A stretch of DNA of 63,881 bases, filler included, from an uncultured Ignavibacteriales bacterium (GTDB lineage Bacteria; Zixibacteria; MSB-5A5; GN15; JAAZOE01), in the NCBI GenBank assembly GCA_964611355.1. It is 3 parts of 3 records of this genome, joined end to end, with 100 filler letters (N's around TTAATTAATTAA, not from the genome) between each part and the next. Parts side by side here need not be neighbours in the genome. Positions count along the whole stretch, not along the records: positions 23,526 to 46,438 come from CAZSYD010000037.1; positions 46,539 to 63,881 come from CAZSYD010000049.1; 1 more part is not named here. One strand, 5' to 3'. The translations under genes were made by a program, and so were the position numbers. Below, piece by piece: positions 38,585 through 46,987 of this stretch. The first letter of the stretch is position 1. Each line of letters opens with the position of its first letter. The notes beneath the pieces are model-generated. The model was not told where the DNA came from. It did no database searches and saw only the letters and a list, made by a program, of their open reading frames with translations.

Positions 38585-40924
38585 ATGATTTATCTTCGTG
38601 TTTTTGTATCATCTCTTTGCATTCTTGCTCTCACCTCTACCCTCACCGCCGCCAATAAAACCCTGGATTCGGGCCCAGTCATAATTGAAAAAGAAACCGA
38701 CAATAAAATAGAAGTAGTAAAGACTTACCTGCGACCGCGCGCCGAAGACGGACAGGTCAAAATCTGGGTATTTTTCACCGATAAGAACATCTTTGACGGC
38801 TATCAATTTGCCGTTTCGGCGGCGAAGGTTAATCTCACCGAGCGGGCCATAAAAAGACGGGAGAAAATGGGTCGGCAGGATATTACGTTCGGCGATCTGC
38901 CGGTAGCCAAGGATTATATTATTGGAATTATATCCCGTGGCGGCAAACTGCGCCGATCTTCCAGATGGCTTAATGCCGCCAGCTTCGAAGCCCCGTTCGA
39001 CAGGATTGATGAAATAAATAATCTCTCCTTCGTCGCCCGCGTCCGGCCGGTTGGGACATATAAGCGTAAAGAGCCGGCCCAGCAGCCCGATTACGGCGGC
39101 CCTGCTTACGATCTTAAGGGGACGTATTCGCTTGATTATGGGCCCTCTCTCGGCCAGTTGGACCAGGTCAACGTACCGGCCGTGCACGACCTGGGGTATA
39201 ACGGGTCCGGCGTCCTGGCAGCCATGTTCGATACCGGTTACCGCAAAGACCACGAAGCTTTTGCCGACGCCTTTGCCACAAGCCGGGTACTGGCGGAATA
39301 CGATTTCGTCTTCGGTGATTTCGAAACGCAGAACGAACCGGGCATTGATGCGTCCAGTCAGCATAATCACGGTACATATACATGGTCGACTCTGGGAGGC
39401 GCGACGTCAGGACAGCTTTACGGCCCGGCTTACGGGGCATCGTTCATCCTGGCCAAAACGGAAGACGTCCGATCCGAAACTCAGGTTGAGGAGGATAACT
39501 GGGTGGCCGCCGTTGAGTGGGCCGATTCCATTGGCGCGGACGTTATCTCGTCGTCTCTCGGTTATATCGACTGGTACCAGTATTCAGATCTTGACGGCGA
39601 GACGGCGGTAACCACGACCGCAGCCAATCTGGCGACTTCGTACGGCATTGTCGTCTGCAACGCCATGGGAAACGAAGGCTCCGGTTATGGGACTCTGATC
39701 GCTCCGGCCGACGCCTTTGAAATCCTTTCCTGTGGAGCGGTAAATTCCAGCGGAGATATCGCGGGCTTTTCCTCGCACGGGCCTACCTATGACGGACGCA
39801 TCAAACCGGAAGTGTGCGCCCGGGGCGTATCAACCTATTGCGCTTCAGCAGGCGGTACCATGAATTACAGCTATGTCAACGGCACGTCGCTGTCAACGCC
39901 GATTATCGGCGGATGCGCCGCCCTTTATCTCTCTATCTATCCGACGATGACCCCGCAGGCTGTTCGCCTGGCGCTGATGGAAACCGCCAGCAGGGCGGAC
40001 AATCCCGACAATACCTATGGTTGGGGAATTGTAAATATGCTGGCCGCTCTGGATTGGGGGGCAAAAATCGGCTCCAATGTTCGCTCCGGCCAGACGCCAT
40101 TGGAGGTTTCCTTCTTTGACAGCTCTTACGTACCGACCACGGATTGGAAATGGTTCTTCAGCGTCGACGACAGCGCCATGATACAAAACCCGATACGCAC
40201 TTATACCGAACCCGGCGCCTATGAAGTATCGCTGGCAGTAACAACGTCTATAGGACGCCAAATCTCGGTTACCGAACCGTACTATATTATCGCCCAGGCC
40301 GATACAATGACTTATGTCAGCGATTCAACTTACCCCGCCCATCAAGCGATAGTCGAGGTTGAACTGACTAATTCTCAAACGCTGACAAGCCTGCTTGTTC
40401 CGATCGATTTCTCCAACGGAGAAACGCTTACTCTCGACTCCTTTTCGGTAGCTGAAACCAGAACATCCGATTACACGGCCGAGCAGGCGGCGGCCGGAGG
40501 CGGAAACGATAAATATGTCATATCGCTTACCGGAGGAACACCTTTGCCCCCGGGAACCGGCACGGTACTGAAGTTCTATTTGACTGCCGATGCCGGCGCC
40601 ATCGGCGGAATGACAACCGCCATAGACTCGGTGACGATTGACGAGATGGGCCTTAACCTAGCCACCGGCCAATATGAATATGTGCCTTATGTCAACAGCG
40701 GCGAGGTAGTAATCTACGCCACTATTCGCGGCGATGCAAATACTGACGGCAATATAAATGTCGGCGATATTGTTTACCTGGTGAATTTTGTCTTTAATGA
40801 CGGACCCGCCCCAATTACCGAACGGGCAGGGGATGCCAACGCCGACGGTAACGTCAATATCGGCGACGCCGTTTATATTTGCCAATACATCTTTCATGAC
40901 GGCCCGGCGCCGCTTGAGAAGTAA
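38585..40924 (+). CDS. Secreted S8 subtilisin-like protease with PKD, cohesin-like and dockerin-like domains
   Basis: Catalytic FDTG, HGT and GTSLS motifs; PKD (Y.EPG.Y.VSL); duplicated GDAN.DG..N.GD.VY C-terminus. Confidence 0.9.
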   Translation: MIYLRVFVSSLCILALTSTLTAANKTLDSGPVIIEKETDNKIEVVKTYLRPRAEDGQVKIWVFFTDKNIFDGYQFAVSAAKVNLTERAIKRREKMGRQDITFGDLPVAKDYIIGIISRGGKLRRSSRWLNAASFEAPFDRIDEINNLSFVARVRPVGTYKRKEPAQQPDYGGPAYDLKGTYSLDYGPSLGQLDQVNVPAVHDLGYNGSGVLAAMFDTGYRKDHEAFADAFATSRVLAEYDFVFGDFETQNEPGIDASSQHNHGTYTWSTLGGATSGQLYGPAYGASFILAKTEDVRSETQVEEDNWVAAVEWADSIGADVISSSLGYIDWYQYSDLDGETAVTTTAANLATSYGIVVCNAMGNEGSGYGTLIAPADAFEILSCGAVNSSGDIAGFSSHGPTYDGRIKPEVCARGVSTYCASAGGTMNYSYVNGTSLSTPIIGGCAALYLSIYPTMTPQAVRLALMETASRADNPDNTYGWGIVNMLAALDWGAKIGSNVRSGQTPLEVSFFDSSYVPTTDWKWFFSVDDSAMIQNPIRTYTEPGAYEVSLAVTTSIGRQISVTEPYYIIAQADTMTYVSDSTYPAHQAIVEVELTNSQTLTSLLVPIDFSNGETLTLDSFSVAETRTSDYTAEQAAAGGGNDKYVISLTGGTPLPPGTGTVLKFYLTADAGAIGGMTTAIDSVTIDEMGLNLATGQYEYVPYVNSGEVVIYATIRGDANTDGNINVGDIVYLVNFVFNDGPAPITERAGDANADGNVNIGDAVYICQYIFHDGPAPLEK

Positions 40925-40935
40925 TTTTTTAGGGC

Positions 40936-40969
40936 AAAAAAAAAACCGGCCTCCAGGCCGGCTTTTTTT
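40936..40969. terminator. Bidirectional intrinsic terminator
   Basis: A10-CCGGCCT-CC-AGGCCGG-C-T7 between convergent genes. Confidence 0.8.
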
Positions 40970-41048
40970 ATTAATAGAACTTATATCGGGGTCATTGCTC
41001 GGAAGAGCCAAAGGTTCTAAGCTGGGCCCATGATATAATCCCGAATAT

Positions 41049-41621
41049 CTATTTGAGATAAACCCCTTCATGTTCCAAAAGTTTGGCTTTGATGTCCGGG
41101 CCGCCGCTGTAACCGCCCAGGCCGTTTGCGGCGACAACTCGGTGACATGGGATAATAATCGGGATTGGGTTTGAGCGGTTAGCTCCGCCGACGGCGCGAG
41201 CCGCGCCGGGATTGCCCAAAGCCGCAGCGATTTCGCCATAGGTTCGAGTCTTGCCGTAAGGTATCGCTCTTACTTTCTGAAGAACCTTTCCGTAAAAGCC
41301 CTTCACGTGCAAATCAAGTTTGACCGTAAATTTCCGAAGCCTGCCGTTGAAATAGGCCTTAATCTGTCGGGCAGCTTCTTTATTAACAGCGCCGCCATTT
41401 CTTATGATTGCATCGGGGAACCATTTTTTAATGAAATTTTCAATGCCGCCATCGGATTGCCGAGAAAGACCGATATAACACAAACCTTTTTCCGATGACA
41501 GAAGTCTCAGTTTCCCGACAGGCGAGTTTATCTCATAACTGAAGATTACTTTCTTAACATCTGGCCAAATGGCATCATGCATCATGGGTTCGATTATATT
41601 CACGACAGGGCTTGATGTCAA
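41049..41621 (-). CDS. ogt: Methylated-DNA--protein-cysteine S-methyltransferase
   Basis: IPYG..RTYG.IA, ARAVG.A...NP, PCHRV active site; exact start uncertain and may lie further downstream. Confidence 0.92.
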   Translation of the reverse strand: MTSSPVVNIIEPMMHDAIWPDVKKVIFSYEINSPVGKLRLLSSEKGLCYIGLSRQSDGGIENFIKKWFPDAIIRNGGAVNKEAARQIKAYFNGRLRKFTVKLDLHVKGFYGKVLQKVRAIPYGKTRTYGEIAAALGNPGAARAVGGANRSNPIPIIIPCHRVVAANGLGGYSGGPDIKAKLLEHEGVYLK

Positions 41622-41928
41622 TCATAAACATTAAGGCCATTTAAAAAAATGCATTAAGCTGCATATTGCGCAAAATATTTTGCTTATTTGCAACTATTTT
41701 ACCTCGTTTCATTGTCAATCAAGATTCAGGACCAAGACATTAATAATCAGCAAGTTATAAAACAACGGGCAATACTGTTCAAATTTTGAAACTTATCTAA
41801 CCCGTTAAACGTTAAATAAATAGAAAACCGACGCGATGGCGGGACATTTTTTTGCTTTACTACTCGTCGGACATTCATTTATTATGTCCATATAAATTAC
41901 GGCTTTGTCGATTTTTCAGGAGGTCTTA

Positions 41929-43788
41929 ATGACACCTTTGCGGAGATTCACGATACGGCTTGTTGCACTGGCGGTGTTCGCAATCGCCTTAATTTGGATT
42001 TCCGGTTCCGGCGTCGCCCTGCAGTCATCGGATGCCTCGGCGGATGAACTATATCAGACGCTCCATGCCAGAGTTGATAATCTCAAAAACAAGATGCTGG
42101 CCGATACGGTCAACATCGATGCCAAAGAACAGCCGGGATTGGAGACGCCGGGAGAAGAACCGGACACCCGCGAAACGATGTTCAAAAACATCAAGCTGTT
42201 CAACTCGATGGCCTACCAGATCAAGAACCGCTACATGGAGGATATTGAAGCCGAGGACCTGATTCGCGCAGGCATAAGAGGCATGCTTAAGAATCTCGAT
42301 CCGTTCTCCGTCCTCATGGAGGAAACGACCTACGACCGCCTGATGGAATCGACCCACGGCAAATACGAAGGCCTGGGAATGCAGATCGACAGTCGCGGCG
42401 ACCGCATCAGGATCATTTCTCCGATTGAAGGCACGCCCGCTTATCGCAAAGGCCTGCAGGCCGGGGATATCATCTGGGAAATCGACAGCCAGACAACCGA
42501 AGAAATGAACACGCAGGAAGCCGCCAATCTTATGCGCGGAACCGCCGGAACGTCGGTGCATCTCAAAATAAAACGGGAAGGCATACCTGATTTCCTCGAC
42601 TATGATATTGAACGGGCGGTCATTGAACTTAAATCGGTCAACTATTACGGGTTTTTCGAGGGGACTAACGTCGGTTATGTCCGCCTTTCCCGTTTCGCCG
42701 AAGAGACCGGCAACGAACTCAGAGAAGCTATTACCGATCTCAAGAATCAGAAGGAACTCGATGGGCTGGTTTTCGATCTCCGCTCCAACGGCGGCGGCCT
42801 GTTGCATCAGGCGGTCGAAACGGCCAACCTGTTTCTTGAAAAGGAAAGATTGATCGTCTATACGCGGGGCCGAACGCCTGATACGGAACGTCGCTTTTAT
42901 TCCGAAAACGAGCCGTTGCTCCCCAAAGGGAAACTGGTGGTTCTTGTTGACCCCGGTACGGCCTCGGCCTCTGAAATCGTTTCCGGAGCCATTCAGGATT
43001 GGGATCGCGGCATCATAATGGGCGAAGACACCTACGGCAAAGGGCTGGTGCAGCAGATTTTCCCGGCGGGCGGCGAACACGGCATCGCTCTGAAACTGAC
43101 CACCGCCAAGTACTATATTCCCTCTGGACGATGCATCCAGAAACCGGAACGGAATAAAAAGAGCAGCGTCCCCGAAGAAGAAGAGACATCCGAAGAAACC
43201 GCCGACACGCTGAATACCGAGGAAAAAGAAGTCTTTTTCACCAACGGCGGCCGGACGGTATATGGCGGCGGCGGTATTGTGCCGGACGTGGAAATCGAAC
43301 CGGAAAAATGGTACCCTATCGAGATGAACCTTGAACGGCAGTCGATGCTCTTTGACTTCGCCATCCGTTATACTTCCCAACATCCGGATATCGGCCGCGA
43401 TTTTGAAGTCACCGACGAGATCCTGGCCGAATTCAAGGAATTCACAAAGGAAAAGGAATTCGATTATAAAACCTCGCTGGAGGTTTCGCTCGACAAGATG
43501 AAAGAGGTCGTCGAGGAGGAAAATAAAGAGGAAATCTTTGATGCGTCGCTGGAGAGGCTGGCCGAGCTGGTGGTTCACGAAAAGGAAGCGGATTTTGAAA
43601 AGTCGAAAGATTATATCAAGCGGGCTATTCGGCGTGACGTTATCGGCAAACTTTTCGGTCAGACCGGTCTGTACGAAGAAATTATCACCAGTACCGACCC
43701 GGACGTTCATAAGGCGCTGCAATTGATACTTGACGACAAGGAATACACGCGGCTGATAAAAGGCGAGGAAGAAAAGGCCGAATTGTAA
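41929..43788 (+). CDS. S41A C-terminal processing protease (CtpA/Prc) with PDZ domain
   Basis: LDPFS, GLGM PDZ loop, DLRSNGGG, TASASEIV, GKGLVQ, GI.PD; ATG 41929 follows AGGAGG. Confidence 0.93.
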   Translation: MTPLRRFTIRLVALAVFAIALIWISGSGVALQSSDASADELYQTLHARVDNLKNKMLADTVNIDAKEQPGLETPGEEPDTRETMFKNIKLFNSMAYQIKNRYMEDIEAEDLIRAGIRGMLKNLDPFSVLMEETTYDRLMESTHGKYEGLGMQIDSRGDRIRIISPIEGTPAYRKGLQAGDIIWEIDSQTTEEMNTQEAANLMRGTAGTSVHLKIKREGIPDFLDYDIERAVIELKSVNYYGFFEGTNVGYVRLSRFAEETGNELREAITDLKNQKELDGLVFDLRSNGGGLLHQAVETANLFLEKERLIVYTRGRTPDTERRFYSENEPLLPKGKLVVLVDPGTASASEIVSGAIQDWDRGIIMGEDTYGKGLVQQIFPAGGEHGIALKLTTAKYYIPSGRCIQKPERNKKSSVPEEEETSEETADTLNTEEKEVFFTNGGRTVYGGGGIVPDVEIEPEKWYPIEMNLERQSMLFDFAIRYTSQHPDIGRDFEVTDEILAEFKEFTKEKEFDYKTSLEVSLDKMKEVVEEENKEEIFDASLERLAELVVHEKEADFEKSKDYIKRAIRRDVIGKLFGQTGLYEEIITSTDPDVHKALQLILDDKEYTRLIKGEEEKAEL

Positions 43789-43814
43789 AACTTTGATACC
43801 TCCCTGATGCTCTG

Positions 43815-43846
43815 AAAAAACCCGCCCGGATATGGCGGGTTTTTTT
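43815..43846 (+). terminator. Intrinsic terminator after the S41 protease gene
   Basis: CCCGCC...GGCGGG stem plus T7. Confidence 0.8.
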
Positions 43847-44176
43847 GTTAAGCAGACTGCCAAAAATCGCACGGCAAGCTGTTGATTACCGGCCATAATA
43901 GTTATCCACAATTCCAGATGTCGTAAATATCGTATATCCTGATAATGGTCATGCGGATACGGCGAAATGGGTTTGTTTTGTAATATTTATGTTTTGCAAC
44001 TACAGGTTTGGTGGTGATTGTTGGAGTGATTTATGTTTTGTCCATCTATATTTGAATAATCTGACATAGTTACCCATAGAAGGCGGGGATTTTTGAATTA
44101 GCGGTGAAGATGTTGTGAAACTGTTTTGTAGATGGTGATTTGGTAATTGTCAGTAGCGTCTCAGGATGGATATTTT

Positions 44177-44202
44177 AACTCACCCGTTGGGTGAGGCACA
44201 GT
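44177..44202. repeat. Hairpin-forming dispersed repeat, copy 2
   Basis: AACTCACCCGTTGGGTGAGGCACAGT; 7-bp stem CTCACCC/GGGTGAG. Confidence 0.75.
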
Positions 44203-44425
44203 CGGCAAGATGCCTGTGCGCAAAAACCTCAAGACCGAGGCTATGGAGCAGAAGACCCGTTTTAGGGCCGGTTGGCTGGTATGGTCCGAGCTGGGCCAAG
44301 GCATCACGCGTCTAGATATCATGGCAAAAATCAAGATTCTCGGCTGATGGAGATGCCTGATTATGTTCAAAGTGAAAAACGTCCGACCGGGAAATCCAGA
44401 TCGTTGCCAAGCTCTGTGTTTATTG

Positions 44426-45217
44426 TCATATTGCCGACGAAGACGCCTCGGACCTCTCTAAGTCATCTACCTCCGCCTCGAAAGCTCTGAGCCGATCATC
44501 ACGATAGATTCGCCAGGCGGCGATGACGATCTCAGATGTCACTATTGTCATGAACACAAGAATATACGCCGCGACGCGCCACTCCGCAGAATCGCGGACT
44601 CCTGCAAGATATGCTACAATAAAAGCAGCAAATGAAAACACGAGAATGACCACTTGGCGCAGTTGATGAGGTTGTTTAATGAAGTAATGCTCAAGCTCGT
44701 CTATGGCGCTACTATACAGAAGGAGGCACCGATCGTCCCGGTGTATTCTCAACTCATCGGCAAGCCTTTGCCTACTCTTTTCCACGGCTGATGAGACTTC
44801 CTTATCGAGATAGTGATTAACAAATAGGTTTACTATGCTGTAAATTGAGAACAACAGGGTGTAGAGAAGCACATCCCTAGATGCGAAGAACAGTGCACTC
44901 AGAAGGACACCCAGCAAAGTGATCATTGCGGTTTCTCGCAAATCGGATGGAGGTTTGTACCTCTTAGGATCAAGCCAGCGCCACAAAATAACCAGTTCAT
45001 GTCTCGTAGCCCACACCCAAAGCCAAACAAGCACTCCGGTCAAGGCAAATAGAGCAACGTAACAGATGATCATAATATCAGGCCAAGATTCTCTGATGCG
45101 GTCGACCTCAGACAGCAACATCCCTGCGCCGAGCAGTGTTGTGATGATCCCAATGCCCCAACGACGGGCAGTGATCAGACCTTCACTCTTTTCCTTGAGA
45201 CCGGGCCTGTAGTTCAC
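44426..45217 (-). CDS. Hypothetical membrane protein (about 6 TM)
   Basis: 263-aa ORF with hydrophobic helices; GTG start; no family recognised. Confidence 0.65.
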   Translation of the reverse strand: MNYRPGLKEKSEGLITARRWGIGIITTLLGAGMLLSEVDRIRESWPDIMIICYVALFALTGVLVWLWVWATRHELVILWRWLDPKRYKPPSDLRETAMITLLGVLLSALFFASRDVLLYTLLFSIYSIVNLFVNHYLDKEVSSAVEKSRQRLADELRIHRDDRCLLLYSSAIDELEHYFIKQPHQLRQVVILVFSFAAFIVAYLAGVRDSAEWRVAAYILVFMTIVTSEIVIAAWRIYRDDRLRAFEAEVDDLERSEASSSAI

Positions 45218-45270
45218 GACTTTCTCTTACAGATGATCCATCGATTATTGTACAATTTGTATAGTACGGC

Positions 45271-45387
45271 TTACTGTACCGCCATGACGGTGTTGCTGGG
45301 TTAGCCTTCGCCGGTCCGCCGCGGCGGATTGACTGCGATGACGCGGTATTCCCATTCCTTGCCGCGTTCCTGGTCGGAGAGCGTCAA
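45271..45387 (-). pseudogene. Remnant of a fibronectin type III domain gene (C-terminus only)
   Basis: Translates as LTLSDQERGKEWEYRVIAVN-PPRRT-GEG*PSNTVMAVQ*, matching the FN3 YxVxAxN..GxGxxS motif with an internal stop. Confidence 0.7.
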
Positions 45388-45388
45388 A

Positions 45389-45535
45389 TACGACATTTGA
45401 AGCTTCCTCCGTCACGTTTCACGCTTGATTTACGACATTTCAAGCCTGCTTTGCAGCTTTTGAAGCGTTGTCTGTCGTATTTCATGCTTCCTCTGTGATG
45501 TTTCAAACTTCATTTTCTGCATGTTTAGCTTCATT
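45389..45535. repeat. Degenerate 21-bp tandem repeat (7 units)
   Basis: A TTT(C/G)AAGC(T)-like core recurs every 21 nt, e.g. TACGACATTTGAAGCTTCCTC and TACGACATTTCAAGCCTGCTT. Confidence 0.75.
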
Positions 45536-45906
45536 TAAGGGATGTTTACGAAAAAGGGGCTACCTGGCCCTCCCCTACCTTTAATCCCAACGACCAGTGG
45601 TAAACGGCATAATACCATGAACAGGAACGTACAATTACAATCATGCCCGCCTTTTTTTGAATGGTAGATAGAGGGTGCATACGATCTCAAATCGTTTGAT
45701 GATACCTGTTGACCCTTACCCTTAAAATGGGAGTAGGCGTCGAATAGACCGCGAAAGGATACATTGATAGGGGAGTTACCACGTTTATAGGAGATTCGAT
45801 TATTGGAGTACGATACTATTATTGATGTTCCACCTCCTGGGTTATGTAGCACCGTGCCTACAGGGATGATACCTTTCACTATCAGCCGGAATGTATCGAA
45901 ATCCAT
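45535..45906 (-). CDS. Hypothetical protein (123 aa, GGHDCNC motif)
   Basis: ORF with strong AGGAGG RBS; AT-richer codon usage than flanking genes. Confidence 0.7.
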   Translation of the reverse strand: MDFDTFRLIVKGIIPVGTVLHNPGGGTSIIVSYSNNRISYKRGNSPINVSFRGLFDAYSHFKGKGQQVSSNDLRSYAPSIYHSKKGGHDCNCTFLFMVLCRLPLVVGIKGRGGPGSPFFVNIP

Positions 45907-46160
45907 GTCTCCTCCTAATGCTACCTAACTATTGAATATATGGCTTTCAGATAGACCTACCATTTTCAGATGTTTCGCCGTTTCCTGCAAAGTCAACCAA
46001 GTGGTCATCTGTCCAACCCTGTCATTATCACTTAGCGATTGAAAGTAAACTATAGCATTTCAAAGCATCAAGTCAATCACTTTTTTCAGCCGACACCAGG
46101 GCCGAACCCAGCGGATGGATTTTCTATTCTGAGCCTGAGAGATATCCTGTACACCGGATG

Positions 46161-46438
46161 CTATGTGCTGTCGTTCTCTATCTTCAAATCGTCATCGATG
46201 CGTGGTTCGATTTTTTTGATGAGCCAGATGTCGTCTTCTTTGCGGAGGGTAATCGTTACCGGACGGGTTGGGCCGTCGGGGCTATGGATAAAGCAGTCGC
46301 ACCGGGCGGCATCGCCTCGAAAAATGATCTGCTTCTGAGTGAAGCCGACGAATTCATCAAGACCATCGGAATAAATGAAATCAAAAACCGATTCGGGCGT
46401 CGTGCCGACTTTGGCCGCATCACCTGATATGATGGAAT
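46161..46438 (-). CDS. Partial CDS (3' end) of a hypothetical protein, truncated by the scaffold end
   Basis: Open frame from the gap: SIISGDAAKVG...VTITLRKEDDIWLIKKIEPR...ST*; absent from the ORF track because its start is missing. Confidence 0.6.
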
Positions 46439-46538
46439 NNNNNNNNNNNNNNNNNNNNNNNNNNNNNNNNNNNNNNNNNNNNTTAATTAATTAANNNNNN
46501 NNNNNNNNNNNNNNNNNNNNNNNNNNNNNNNNNNNNNN
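46439..46538. other. Artificial contig-joining spacer
   Basis: 44 N + TTAATTAATTAA + 44 N. Confidence 0.97.
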
Positions 46539-46759
46539 GCAAATTGCCGGCCTTTTCAATCCGCCGGGCGGGAGAAATGGCAAACGCCCCCTCAAACGTC
46601 AATCCCCAGCCCGGCGGAATTCGGTAACACACGCTCGTGAAGGGAGCTGTTTTTCTGCGGCCCCCCGTTCGGGGAAACGTGGGGTCGCAGAAAGCCAAAC
46701 TCTCGTTTGGCGCTCGCATCATATACAGGAGGTTGGGCAGCCTGTATGCCCTATCGTGA

Positions 46760-46775
46760 AACAACATCCGTGCCG
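46760..46775 (-). promoter_or_regulatory. Putative sigma54 promoter downstream of the TPR-bEBP gene
   Basis: CGGCACGGATGTTGTT versus consensus TGGCACG-N4-TTGCW (GT instead of GC at -12). Confidence 0.45.
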
Positions 46776-46872
46776 ATCGCATACGAGGATGAATAAAACT
46801 TATTAACTTAATGTGTGATAAGCAGATATACTGTGTGTGCCGAGGGGACGAGATAGCATTAATTAAGTATGT

Positions 46873-46987
46873 CCGTAATGGTTTTTACGCAGCAGGTTAC
46901 GCAGCGTTACGCACGGCGTTGTAACTGATTATATGATCTTGGGTTATGGCTGCGTAAAATTACGCGGGGAATGCGTAACGTTACGCA
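46873..46987. promoter_or_regulatory. Cluster of TTACGC/GCGTAA sites (candidate enhancer/UAS)
   Basis: Seven exact half-sites, including the perfect palindrome TGCGTAACGTTACGCA (46972-46987) and GCGTAAAATTACGC (46952-46965). Confidence 0.6.

Noticed and set aside
43902..43910. Perfect DnaA box TTATCCACA in an AT-rich intergenic region
   Set aside because: Only one box, with no box cluster or dnaA/dnaN context; insufficient to call oriC.
42049..43911. 620-aa minus-strand ORF
   Set aside because: Lies antisense to the well-supported S41 protease and has no domain signal.
45389..45535. CRISPR-like array
   Set aside because: Units are contiguous and degenerate, with no repeat-spacer alternation.
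46039..46427. Plus-strand ORFs of 99 and 89 aa
   Set aside because: The minus strand carries a more protein-like open frame (46161-46438), so these are likely shadows.
46575..46700. c-di-GMP-I riboswitch suggested by GGCAAAC and GC hairpins
   Set aside because: The GNRA tetraloop/receptor arrangement and the GCAAAG segment could not be matched.
46483..46782. 99-aa minus-strand ORF
   Set aside because: Runs into the N spacer, has no RBS or protein-like composition, and overlaps the putative promoter and hairpins.
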